Assembly (NCBI GenBank): GCA_963707985.1
Contig: CAVPRW010000013.1
Span: forward strand, 64,186 to 128,185
Direction of reading: 5' to 3'
Length of the DNA stretch: 64,000 nt
DNA from: an uncultured Nitrospinota bacterium
GTDB lineage: Bacteria > Tectomicrobia > Entotheonellia > J063 > CAVPRW01
Below are positions 44,051 to 55,151 of the stretch, piece by piece. The translations under genes and the position numbers were made by a program. Under the pieces are notes generated by a model that had not been told where the DNA came from, did no database searches, and saw nothing but the letters and a program-made list of their open reading frames with translations. Position 1 is the first letter of the stretch. Each line of letters starts with the position of its first letter.

Positions 44051-45319
44051 ATGTCAGCAGAAGTCACGCGCCGACGCTTTGCGTTGCAGACCCTAGGCCT
44101 GATCGGTGGGACGATGGTGGCCGGGGCTCCTCTGCCCTGCTCGCTGAGGACTCGTACGCCTGGTTTCTGGCCACCCGCGGCTCTGGGCAGCTCAGGGTCA
44201 ATGGCTTGCCCAGTGCAAACCGTATCGAGGTGGTTGACGATGTCACCGTGCGCCTCAATCTCGACCGACCTGTGGCCTGGGGCCTCATCGGGAATGCGTT
44301 GTTGAGCAGTAGCAGTATTGTCCACGCCAAAGAGATTCTGAAGCACGAGACCCCAGATGACCCCCACGGGCTCAAGTGGTTGGAGACCAAGACCGTCGAA
44401 TCGGGAGCGTTTATCATCGAGACCTGGCAAAAAGGTTCGACGATGAGCCTGGTGCCCAATCCCCACGCCCTTCAGCCCGCCATGCTGGAGCGTATCATCC
44501 TGCATGTCGTCCCCGATGCCTCCACCCGGCGCATTTTCCTGGAGCGCGGAGACGTTGATTTTGCCGTGCAGCTGGCGACCAAAGACATCCCTGACCTGCG
44601 CAAGGTCTGGCGTCAAGGTGACTTCGTACCCCAGCGCCCGGGGCTGGTAGTTGGGGATGACCTGGAACAAGGCCCCCTTCAACAACATCCATTTTCGGCG
44701 CGCCATGGCGTGGGCGATGCCCAACGACAAACTGCTGCAAGTCGTCACGCACGGGTTGGCTGAGCGTTCACGCAGTTGCGTGCCAAATAATATTAGTGGC
44801 TATGTCGGGGATTTCTTGACCTATGAAACCAATCTAGACAACGCGCGCGAGGAACTGACCCAGGCACAGATGCCCGATGGTTTTTCGGTGACCATGCCCG
44901 TCTATGCTGGTGATCTGTTCGACGAAGAATCGACCGTGCTGATCGCGGCTTCGATCGCCCGTATGACCTATACCTCCATGCGGCGAGTGCTGAGCGCGCA
45001 ATATATCCTGGTGGGCCATGCCTACGGCATCTCGCCGCGTCGACTGATCTACAAATATGCCCTGAAGAACGCGCTGATGCCAGTCATCACGTTTGTCGGC
45101 TTGCAGATCGGCTTCCTCATCGGCGGCGTGGTCTTGGTGGAGGTGGTATTTGCCCTGCCAGGGATCGGTCGTTATGCCGTCGATAGTCTCCTGGTCAACG
45201 ACTTTGCACCCGTGCAGGGATTTGTGTTGGTGGTGTTGGTGGTCTATCTCTGCGTCAACCTGCTGGCGGACATGCTTTACGGGCTGGTCAATCCGCAGGT
45301 GCGCGCCACCATGGAGTAA
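44051..45319 (+). pseudogene. Deleted family-5 SBP fused in frame to the C-terminus of a DppB-type permease
   Basis: Tat-like MSAEVTRRRFAL; SBP segments in 44206-44763 and 44651-44945; abrupt switch at STVLIA/ASIARMT to permease motifs (YALKNALMPVIT, VFALPGIG). Confidence 0.8.
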
Positions 45320-45338
45320 GTCTGTTTAAGGAGCACAC

Positions 45339-46238
45339 ATGACTGACAGCACACGACTTGCCGAGCTGACGATGCCCTGGCAGAAGAGCCCCCAGATGCT
45401 ACGGTGGCCACGTTGGCAACCGCTGAAAGGGCTGCATTGGCCACGTCAGCGCCTGATCGCGGTCGGGCTGACCATCACGATGTGCTGGGCGTTCCTCGCC
45501 CTGTGCGGCCCCTGGCTCGTGCCTCATGACCCATTGCAGGGGGATGCCAACCTGGTGGCGGCTCCACCGTCGCTGGCGCATCCCTGCGGTCTGGACAAGT
45601 ATGGCCGCGATGTGCTGGCACGCGTGGTGTCTGGAGGACGCTACGACCTGTTCATCGCCGTCGTGGCGGTGGGCCTGGCCCTCATGGCTGGAACCGCCAT
45701 CGGCAGCGTGTCAGGATTCATCGGTGGCACGTTCGACAACCTCTTGATGCGTCTCGTCGACATGGTCCTGGCGTTTCCGAGCTTCGTCTTGGCACTGGTG
45801 TTCGTCGCCGTCCTCGGGCCGAGCCTGAGCGTCCTGGTCGTCGCCCTCAGCTTGCGCTTCATCCTCATGTATGCTCGCCTGGTGCGTGCCGAAATCTTGT
45901 CCGAAAAACTCAAAGAATATGCCCTGGCCGCCCGCGCCATCGGTTGGTCGGATAGCCGCTTGGTCTTCCGCCATCTGTTGCCCAATGCCGTGGGGCCAAT
46001 CATCACACAGTCGTCGATGAATCTGTCCTGGGCCATTCTGAACGCCGCTGGTCTGAGCTTTCTCGGGCTAGGTGTGCAGCCGCCGACGCCCGAATGGGGG
46101 GTGATGATCAGCGAGGGTAGCCCTTACATTGTGTCTGGCCAATGGTGGATGGCTTTCTTTACGGGTGCGGCGCTGATGCTGCTGACTGCCGGGTTCATCT
46201 TGATCGGCGACGACCTCAACACCGGCCCGGAGCGCTGA
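45339..46238 (+). CDS. Peptide/nickel ABC permease (DppC/OppC-type)
   Basis: GLDKYGRDVLAR, RHLLPNA, LSFLGLGVQPPTPEWG. Confidence 0.92.
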   Translation: MTDSTRLAELTMPWQKSPQMLRWPRWQPLKGLHWPRQRLIAVGLTITMCWAFLALCGPWLVPHDPLQGDANLVAAPPSLAHPCGLDKYGRDVLARVVSGGRYDLFIAVVAVGLALMAGTAIGSVSGFIGGTFDNLLMRLVDMVLAFPSFVLALVFVAVLGPSLSVLVVALSLRFILMYARLVRAEILSEKLKEYALAARAIGWSDSRLVFRHLLPNAVGPIITQSSMNLSWAILNAAGLSFLGLGVQPPTPEWGVMISEGSPYIVSGQWWMAFFTGAALMLLTAGFILIGDDLNTGPER

Positions 46239-46248
46239 TTCACAGGTT

Positions 46249-47845
46249 TCAACTTTTCAATTGCACATCTTCGTAAGGCCCTGAGTATACGAATAAAGGG
46301 ATCAGGCCTAAGCCCGACACCGCGACCCGCGGTCCCGTGGCGCATAAAAAGCTCAACTCCCAAATGGGGACGAAGTGTGCCTGGTCATAGACCTTCTGCT
46401 GTATCCTGTGTAACAGTGCCTCCCGCTTTCTGCGATCGAGCTCCTTGGATTGCTGGGCGAACCACTCGTCGATTTCGGGGTCGTGAATAAACGAATTCAG
46501 TCCCTTGCTATCGATAAAGGCTTCGATGCGCGTGGCGGCATTTCCGAAGGCACCGCTGCCCATACGCGTCAGGTGTGTCACCGTCTTCTCTCTCCAGCTC
46601 GTCTGCACCGCGACACGCTCCATCGGCCGCACTTGGAGGCGAATTCCCACAGCGGCGAGGTCGTTGGCTGCGGCCTCGACCACAAGGGCGTATACCGTGT
46701 CGACGGTGCAATCCCCCGCATCAAAGCCACTGGCATAGCCTGCCTCCTTCAAAAGCTGTTTGGCTTTGGCGGGGTTGCAGCCGTATGGCTCTAGCGGCAA
46801 AGCATACTCGAACTTGCGCGGGATGATGCTCCCCGTCAACACTGAATGGCCCAGGGTCTCCGCCTCGTTGACGGCCTGCCAATTGATCGCATGGTTCGCC
46901 GCCAGGCGGACGCGCTGGTCGGACCAGGGGGATTTGGGGCTCGATTGTTCGGCCAGCACGAGCCACGACGTCCCTGGGGGGACCACTGGCTCCAGCTTGA
47001 GGTGCGGGTCGCGCTGCACCTCTTCCGCTAGGGCGCCAAAGAGGGCGTAGGCCACGTCCGCTTCTTGGTTTTTCAGCATCGCCAGGCGGGTGGTCGGTTC
47101 GGGGACACTCTTCATCACCAAACGCTTGACATTTGGCGTCCTACGCCAATAGTCTTTGTTGGCTTCCAGGACCAGCTCGATTCCTGGTTGATATGTCGCG
47201 AAGCGATAGGGTCCCAGGCCGATGGGCTGGTTCTGGAATTCCTTATCCCCGACCTTTTCCGTATATTTCTTCGGGACAATCCACCCGACTCCCGATGCTG
47301 GCGTGCCATAAAAGGTCATAAAGTCAGGCCAGGGCTCATGCAGCCGGAAGCGGATGTGATGGGCATTAACGATCTCCACTGCCTTGACCTGGCTTTTCAG
47401 CAGTGACGCGGCCGCCCCTCGGTAGCGCTCGAAGCTGAATTGCACATCTTCGGCGGTAAACGGGTCGCCGTTATGGAATCACCCCTTGACGCAGCTCAAA
47501 ATCATACGTCACCCCATCGGGGCTCTCCTGCCACTGCGTGGCCAGACTAGGGGCCATGAGATTGCCTGGCATGGGTTTGACCAGCGCATCATGTATGGCA
47601 TACAGCATCATGTACGGGGTAATCAGCGGCAACGTCTCTGCCGGGTCGAACCAGACTGGTGCTATAGTCGTCACGTGCACGGCCCAGGTCATCTGCCCAC
47701 GGGGTTCGGCCTTCTGCGCGGGGGCCGCCATCAGTCGCGGCCACCCCTGCAGGTAGGCGGCCGCGGCCGCGGTACTGCCGATGGTCCCCTGCAGAAAATG
47801 GCGTCGGTTCAGAGATGTGGAGTGATATAGGCTATTGAACCTCAT
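46249..47845 (-). CDS. Family-5 ABC substrate-binding protein (Tat-like signal; frameshift near 47475)
   Basis: ORFs 47471-47959 and 46249-47445 join at GVxFHNGDPFTAEDV; RRHFL. Confidence 0.9.
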
Positions 47846-47930
47846 ATGATCCCTCCTGCGGGTCAACCCGCTCCTGTTCGCGTCGTTCGATCTCTTGTTG
47901 GTATCCTCAGAGCGCGTTATGACTGCGAGT

Positions 47931-49472
47931 TTATGGCGTTTTGAGTCGTACGTCTTCATAGGATGGGAAGGGGTCCATGGGCACCGAGTTAATCGTATGC
48001 TCGGCGACCCGCGGTCCCACGCCCATCAGCGCTCTGAAATCATATAGAGGGGCGTACATCACCCGCTCTACGGTGAGCTGTTGGATACGGTGCAGCAGGG
48101 CCTCGCGTTTGGCTGGGTCACGCTCCTGCGCCTGCTGCTGGAACAACTCGTCGATATCGGGATAGCCTCCATAGGCATAGCTTCCTTTGGAGGAGATGAA
48201 CGCCTCCACACGACTGGCAGCGTTCCCCGAGTTCCCCGCCCCGGTCAGAATTAGACCGTGCAGCTTTTTCTCACGCCAGGCGGCATAAAAAGCCGCGCGC
48301 TCCATGGGGCGCATTTTCACGCGAATGCCGACAGCGTTCAAATAGTTCACTACGGCCTCTCCTGCGGTAAAGAAGGGAGGGATCGGCACCAGTTCCCCGG
48401 CATCGAAGCCCTGCGGATATCCGGCCTCGGCCAGCAACTGCTTCGCTTTCTGGGGATTATAAGGCATGGGTTCGACCGGCAAGGCATACTCCATAACACG
48501 CGGCACGATAACACCGGTGGGGGGACAGTAGCCTACGCAGGCCGCATCGCTGATGGCCTGTCGGTCCAGTGCATAGTTCACTGCCAATCGCACACGCTGG
48601 TCATGCCATGGTGAACTGGGATTCCACTGATCAGCGAACTCGATCCAGTTGATCGAAGCATGTCGCGTGTCCACCAGCAGCAATTTGGGATCCCGTTTGA
48701 CCTCCTCTGCCTCGGGACCATCAAAGGCGTATGCGATGTCTGCTTCACCGTTTTTGAGCATGGCCAAGCGAGTTGTCCCCTCGGGCACACTCTTCATGAC
48801 CAGGCGCTTAACATGGGGGACATGGCGCCAATAACCGTCATACGCCTCCAATACTACCTCTACGCCCGGGGTCTGGCTGACGAATTTATACGGCCCGGCG
48901 CCGATGGGATGTTGCTGGAATCCATCGTCGCCCGCCTGCTGCACATATTTCATCGGCACGACGAGGCCAGCGGCGGTGGCGGTGGTGCCATAGAACGTCA
49001 TGAAGTCCGGCCAGGGAGCATTCAAATGGAAGCGCACCGTTAAGGGATTGACGATCTCGACGGAGGTGACGTGGGCGTGCAGTTCATTCGACCCCGCCCC
49101 TTTGTAGCGCTCGAAGCTGAACTTGACGTCCTCGGTGGTCACGGGTTCACCGTTATGAAACTTCAGCCCTGGCCGTAGTTTGAACTCGTAGACGAGTCCG
49201 TCCGGACTTTCCGTCCACGATTCGGCCAGGCTGTTGCCCATTTTCTCTCCCGGCATGGGGCGGACCATGGCATCGTGAACCGCATAGAGCATCCCGAAAG
49301 GCGTGATTTGCGGCGGCGCTGTCGATGGATTAAACCAAGCCGGAGCAAGCGTCACATGCCAGGCTATGACCATCTCGCCGGCAGGTTTCTCCTGGGCTCC
49401 CAAGCTGTGAGCCCCGCAGAACATCAGTATAGCTGCTACCAGCAATAGAGCAATCCGCTGACGACCTACCAT
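47931..49472 (-). CDS. Family-5 ABC substrate-binding protein
   Basis: Sec-type signal; LKFHNGEPVTTEDVKFSF, PIGAGPYKF. Confidence 0.93.
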   Translation of the reverse strand: MVGRQRIALLLVAAILMFCGAHSLGAQEKPAGEMVIAWHVTLAPAWFNPSTAPPQITPFGMLYAVHDAMVRPMPGEKMGNSLAESWTESPDGLVYEFKLRPGLKFHNGEPVTTEDVKFSFERYKGAGSNELHAHVTSVEIVNPLTVRFHLNAPWPDFMTFYGTTATAAGLVVPMKYVQQAGDDGFQQHPIGAGPYKFVSQTPGVEVVLEAYDGYWRHVPHVKRLVMKSVPEGTTRLAMLKNGEADIAYAFDGPEAEEVKRDPKLLLVDTRHASINWIEFADQWNPSSPWHDQRVRLAVNYALDRQAISDAACVGYCPPTGVIVPRVMEYALPVEPMPYNPQKAKQLLAEAGYPQGFDAGELVPIPPFFTAGEAVVNYLNAVGIRVKMRPMERAAFYAAWREKKLHGLILTGAGNSGNAASRVEAFISSKGSYAYGGYPDIDELFQQQAQERDPAKREALLHRIQQLTVERVMYAPLYDFRALMGVGPRVAEHTINSVPMDPFPSYEDVRLKTP

Positions 49473-49883
49473 GATTCTTGCCCTCCGAGCGTGGCACGAC
49501 GAGACCACCGGCATCCCCTGCCTTATGCGCCAGGATTGTTTCACAGGGGGTCTCAGGGACGGCATCACCTGTGAGGCGCACCCTTGATATACCCAAATAT
49601 ACCAAAGAATACCCAGATTTCGGAAGTCGGTTTTGTGCGGCGAACAGCGCTGCACAAATCGCCGCCGAAGCGGTGGCTGGCAGATCATCATTCCCAACGC
49701 TATCAGAACCTTTCCACAGGTAACTTGCTGTTGGCTCATACACAATTTGCTGCCGCATTGCTGCGCGAGAATCACCAATGGTTGCCTATGAGTCACACCT
49801 ACCAAGACGATGGCTTTCGACTCGCAAGGCCGTGGCATGGCACACCTTAGGTTTGTGCCACGGACGGACCAATCGCTTGGGAG

Positions 49884-49900
49884 TGGCATTGTCTGTGCCA
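49884..49900. promoter_or_regulatory. Palindromic sigma54-like site
   Basis: TGGCATTGTCTGTGCCA gives GG-N10-GC on both strands. Confidence 0.45.
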
Positions 49901-49968
49901 TTGCCTAGTTGGCAGATCTTGCGACATGCTCCGATGGCTCGATAGTTTGACGCTGGTGCCTATACCTC

Positions 49969-51271
49969 ATGAGGAGCAAAGTGATGGATGATTTCTCAAC
50001 TTGCCGGCAATTCCGCAAGGCATTGATGCCTCTGCTCGGAGTCCTTCTGTTGACCTTCACTACCTCAGCGTCCCTGGCGGAACCAACACGCGGCGGCACG
50101 CTCAAGGTCATTACGCAGAATGACCTGAAGGTGCTGGACCCCTTCTGGACGACGGCGTATATCTCACGCAACCATGGCTACATGATCTACGATGTGCTGT
50201 TTGCATTCGACGACAATCTGACGGTGCAACCGCAGATGATTGACACCTGGGAGGTGAGCCCGGATCGCTTACGTTATACCTTCACCTTGCGGGACGGCCT
50301 GCGTTGGCATGATGGCCAGCCCGTGACCTCGGCGGATGTGATCGCCTCCCTGAAGCGCTGGGGGCAGCTTGATAGCCAGGGAAAACTACTGCTGCGCGTG
50401 ACGGAGAGCCTGCAGGAAGTCAACGACACGACCTTTCAGTTGCAGCTCAAAGAACCCTTTGGACTGGTCCTGGAAGCCCTGGCCAAGCCCAGTAGCAATG
50501 TCCCCTTTATCTTGCCGGCACACGTCGCCTCGACACCCGCTGACGAGCAGATCAAAGACACCATCGGCTCGGGACCCTTCATCTTCGTGAAGGAGGAATG
50601 GCAGCCTGGGCATCGGGTGGTCTATGTGCGCAATCCTGAGTATATGCCTCGTCCGGAGCCAGCGAGCTCTGCGGCGGGAGGAAAGCGCGTCTATCTTGAT
50701 CGCGTGGAGTGGCTGTACATTCCAGCTCCTGCCACCGCCGGCGCGGCGTTACAGGCAGGGGAGGTGGATTACTGGGAGAGTGTTCCCCTCGACTTTGTGG
50801 CACGGCTCGAGCCTAACCCCAGTCTTGCGGGCTAGGCTTCATCTTCATTTAAGCCTTTGCCATGCAATTGTCTCTACTTCCCGTCGAGGGTTACGTGCAC
50901 CTTAGCCAGGGTCTACTGCCGTTTCTCAAGCATGTGATCTTACCCGCATTAGCTCTGGGCCTTGTCTATACGGCGCTGATCGCGCGCATGACCAGAGCCA
51001 GCATGTTGGAGGTGTTGCAAGAGGATTACATCCGGACAGCTTATGCCAAGGGGGCGAAGTCCTGGTCTATTATTGTGCGGCATGCCCTGAAGAATGCCGC
51101 CTTGCCAGTCGTGACCATCATAGGCGTCGGTTTTGCCCTCATCATTGGCGGGGCCGTGGTCACGGAAAGCGTGTTTGCGCTGCCGGGGCTAGCATGACCG
51201 TGCTGGCCACCAATCTGGTCGGCGATGGCTGGCGCGCTACCCTTGATCCTAAGCTTGCCCGGCGCATGTAG
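49969..51271 (+). pseudogene. Collapsed peptide ABC operon (truncated SBP, DppB fragment, DppC tail)
   Basis: SBP stops at 288 aa; 50862-51197 is a mid-permease fragment; 51194-51271 reads MTVLATNLVGDGWRATLDPKLARRM*, a DppC C-terminus. Confidence 0.82.
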
Positions 51272-51328
51272 AAACCTCCTACTGACGACCTTGATCGCTT
51301 ACGATGTCTGCACCTTCCCGCTATCGGG

Positions 51329-52036
51329 TTAGACTAGGGGGGCACGGTAGGGAATCGGGTCCGCCATTCCTACCTCTGCAAAACCCTTCAAACGCAGCAC
51401 ACAAGCGTCACACTGGCCGCACGACGCACCGTCGGGGCCGGGATCATAACAGCTGTGCGTGAGGCCGAAATCCACCCCAAGGTCCCTGCCCCGTTGAATG
51501 ATCTGTGCCTTGGTCAGTTGTATGAGGGGGGTATGGAGCCGCAGCTGCTGATGACCTTCAACGGCTGCCTTTGTGGCCAGGTTGGCCATCATCTCGAAGG
51601 CGCGGATAAATTCTGGACGGCAATCCGGATAACCGGAGTAATCGAGCGCATTGACCCCAATGAAGATATCAGCGCTCTCAGTCACCTCAGCGAATGCCAG
51701 GGCATAGGCAAGAAAAACTGTGTTGCGGGCTGGGACATATGTAATGGGGATGCTCTCGGACATTTCGTCTAGCGCCCGATTCTTCGGCACCGCCAGGTCA
51801 TCTGTCAACGCCGAGCCGCCAAAGATGCGGAGATCGATGTCGACGATGACATGGCGTTCGACACCAATGGTCTGGGCCACCCGTCGGGCCGCGTCGATCT
51901 CAATGGCATGGCGCTGCCCATACTGAAACGTCAGGGCGTGCAGCCGAAACCCTTCATGCTTGGCGATGGCCAAGGTGGTGGTGGAATCGAGGCCACCGCT
52001 CAGAAGAACAACGGCTGACGCTGGCTGCTGGCTCAT
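51329..52036 (-). CDS. queC: 7-cyano-7-deazaguanine synthase
   Basis: [32 protein letters not shown]...CGQCDAC. Confidence 0.97.
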   Translation of the reverse strand: MSQQPASAVVLLSGGLDSTTTLAIAKHEGFRLHALTFQYGQRHAIEIDAARRVAQTIGVERHVIVDIDLRIFGGSALTDDLAVPKNRALDEMSESIPITYVPARNTVFLAYALAFAEVTESADIFIGVNALDYSGYPDCRPEFIRAFEMMANLATKAAVEGHQQLRLHTPLIQLTKAQIIQRGRDLGVDFGLTHSCYDPGPDGASCGQCDACVLRLKGFAEVGMADPIPYRAPLV

Positions 52037-52371
52037 TGACGCTCCCCGAATCTCCAATCGTTCTTACCTTCCCCCGCACCCTGGCCCTGTGCCAGAAGCA
52101 GAGGGAAGCGTGGAAAGGGCCTGCCGCAGACGGAAAGGGGTAACAATACAAGGGCCTTCCTCACGGCAGAGAAGCCGTCAGGGAAGGGATATTAAAGGCC
52201 TATAGTAGCCTAAGTATAAGGCATGCTTCGCGCTGGTGGCAAGAGGCCGGCCCCTGGCACCGTGTCACCTTTTCTATTGACTGTGCGGCTCCAAGCCATA
52301 AGATGAAGGAAGGAACTCTTGTAGACACGATGCATTCGGATAGACCATCCGTTCATGGAAGGAGAGGTATC

Positions 52372-55030
52372 GATGGCGACTGTGGCTACGTCTTTGTTGC
52401 CGGCCGAGGTCCGACCCGTTAACTATCACATCAGTTTATCGCCGAATTTGACGGCGTTCACCTTTGCGGGCGAGGAGACCATCGAGATCGAGGTGCAGCA
52501 GCCGACCTCGCAGATTGTTGTCAACGCCGCTGAATTGGAAATTCAGGAGGCTGAAGTCCTCCAGGATGGGCAGCGAACGCCAGCGCAGGCGATTGCCCTC
52601 GATGAGGAGGCAGAAACGGCGACATTGACGTTCGCCGCGCCCCTACCCACCGGCACGATGCAATTATTCATGCGCTTTACCGGCATTCTGAACGATAAAC
52701 TGCGGGGCTTTTATCGGAGTGAATATACGCTGCCGGATGGCACCAAGCGGGTCATGGCAACCACCCAATTCGAAGCCCCCGATGCCCGTCGCGCCTTCCC
52801 CTGCTGGGATGAGCCAGCGCACAAGGCCCAGTTCGAGATTTCATTGGTCATACCCGAGCACCTCACGGCCATCTCCAACATGCCCATTGTCAGTGAAACT
52901 TCTCAGACATCCGGGACCAAGTTGGTCCGCTTTGCCGAATCCCCTATCATGTCCACCTACCTGCTGGCCATCATGGTCGGGGAGTTCGAATGTGTAGAGG
53001 CCCAGGCGGAAGGCATACAGGTCAGGGTCTGGACCACGCCTGGCAAAAAACAGCAAGGGCACTACGCCCTGGACGTCTCCTGTCGCCTGTTGAGCTTTTA
53101 CAACACCTATTTTGGCATCCCTTACCCATTGCCCAAGCTCGATCTGATCGCCATTCCGGATTTTGCCGCAGGCGCGATGGAGAACTGGGGGGCGATTACG
53201 TATCGCGAGGTCGCCTTGCTCGTCGATCCAGCGCATTCTTCGGCCGCGACGAAGCAACGAGTGGCGATCATTATCGCGCATGAAATCGCCCATATGTGGT
53301 TTGGGAATCTCGTCACCATGGCGTGGTGGAACGATCTCTGGTTGAATGAAGGATTTGCCTCCTGGATCGAATACAAGGCGGTGGATCATCTCTTCCCGGA
53401 ATGGGATATGTGGACGCAGTTCATCTTTTCCGATACCGGGCCCGCGATGAGTCTCGATGGCCTGAAAAACACGCATCCGATCGAGGCGGTGGTCAAAACT
53501 CCAGACGAAATCAACGAATTGTTCGATGCCATCAGTTATAGTAAAGGCGCGGCGATCATCCGCATGCTGGAGCAATTCCTCGGGGAGGAAACCTTCCGTC
53601 GCGGCCTCGTCCTTTATTTGTCGACGCATCAATACGGCAATGCCCGCACAGAAGACCTGTGGGCGTCGCTGGCGCAGGTCTCAGGCAAGCCGGTCAAGGA
53701 GATCATGGACACCTGGACGAAACAGCCAGGCTATCCGGTGGTCGAGGTTCGCCAGGAAGCTCAGCGCGATGAGCCGCTGGAGTTGGCGCTAACACAGAAT
53801 CGCTTCCTCTATGATTACGATCCCGGGCATAGTGAACCGGACGCCTCCCTCTGGCGTATTCCGGTGGCGGTCAAGGGAGGGGCCACCGCGAATGCCAGGG
53901 CCGTGAGTCCATTCGTCACACTCATCGAGGAGCGCTATGCCGTCGTGCCTTTGCCCATCAGTGCTCCCGCCCAAGGTGACGGCCCCTTGATCATCGTCAA
54001 CGCCGGTCGCACCGGCTTCTTCCGGGTGAATTACAGCGCTGAGATGTGGGAACACTCGCGGTCTGCCATCGAAGCCAAAGCCCTGCCAACAGCCGAACGC
54101 CTGGGCCTGGCAGCTGATGCGTTCGCCTTGATGCGCGCCGGCTACCTGCCCGCGACGCAGTTTCTCTCGCTGGCGCGCGCCTATGCCCAGGAACGTGAAT
54201 ATCCGGTGTGGAGCGACTTGGTCGGCAGCCTGGGGTGGGTGGGCAACGCCCTTGTTGGAGAAGCCGTTGAATTGCCGTTCAACGCCTACGCTCGCAGCAT
54301 GCTGCAGCCCATTGTGGCGCATGTGGGATGGGAGCCGCAGCCGAATGAATCTCACCTCGACGCCCTGCTCCGCGGCATGGTGCTGCACGAGATCGGGCAT
54401 TACCAAGAGGTCCCGGTCATCGCTGAAGCACGGGCGCGCTTCGATCGATATGTCCACGATCCGCAGGCGGTACATCCCGACCTGCGCAGTACCGTTCTAA
54501 ATTTGGCGGCCTTTGGAGGGGATCGTTCGACCTATGACGCCTTGCGTGAGGTGGAGCGGCGGGCGACCTTGCAGGAGGAGAAACTCCGCGCTCTCGGAGC
54601 CTTGACGCATTTCCAGCAGCCTGAGCTCTTACAGGATACCCTGGAGCTGTCACTCTCACCGGTGGTGCGCTCGCAGGATACCATCCGTGTGGTGGCTGGT
54701 GTCGCGGTGAATCCACGCGGGCGAGAACTGGCTTGGGCGTTCGTGCAGGCGCATTGGTCGGAATTTGACCAGCGCTATGGCGGGGGGGGCTTTCTTCTGA
54801 CGCGGTTGATCGAATCGGTGACGAGCTCCTTTACCACACTCGCAAAAGAGCGGGAAGTGGCGGAGTTTTTCTTGACTCATCCGGTGCCCTCAGCGACCCG
54901 TACTATCCAGCAATGTTTGGAGCGTATTCGCATCAACACGCGCTGGCTGTTTCGCAATCGCATAGATGTGGCGGCCTGGTTGATAGCTTATGCCAAACTG
55001 AGTGAATCTCATGAGGAAACGTTGCACTAG
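52372..55030 (+). CDS. pepN: M1-family aminopeptidase with ERAP1-like C-terminus
   Basis: GAMENWG, HEIAHMWFGNLVT...WLNEGFA, YSKG. Confidence 0.93.
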
Positions 55031-55046
55031 AGCGGGCGGCGAATTC

Positions 55047-55075
55047 TTGACACTGCGGGAAAAGCCGTTTATGAT
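55047..55075 (+). promoter_or_regulatory. sigma70 promoter
   Basis: TTGACA-N17-TATGAT upstream of the SBP gene. Confidence 0.75.
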
Positions 55076-55151
55076 CGGTGCTTTATAGTTCTGTGGTGTA
55101 CGCTGAAGCGAATCAGCCCTATCCAGACAACAATGCCATAGGAGGTGTTGG

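Noticed and set aside
49473..49901. 143 aa N-terminal extension of the SBP ORF
   Set aside because: The signal peptide starts at ATG 49472 with an RBS; upstream is intergenic
51329..52036. queC as part of a Dpd or QatABCD defence system
   Set aside because: Canonical QueC sequence with no dpdA, TatD or ATPase neighbours
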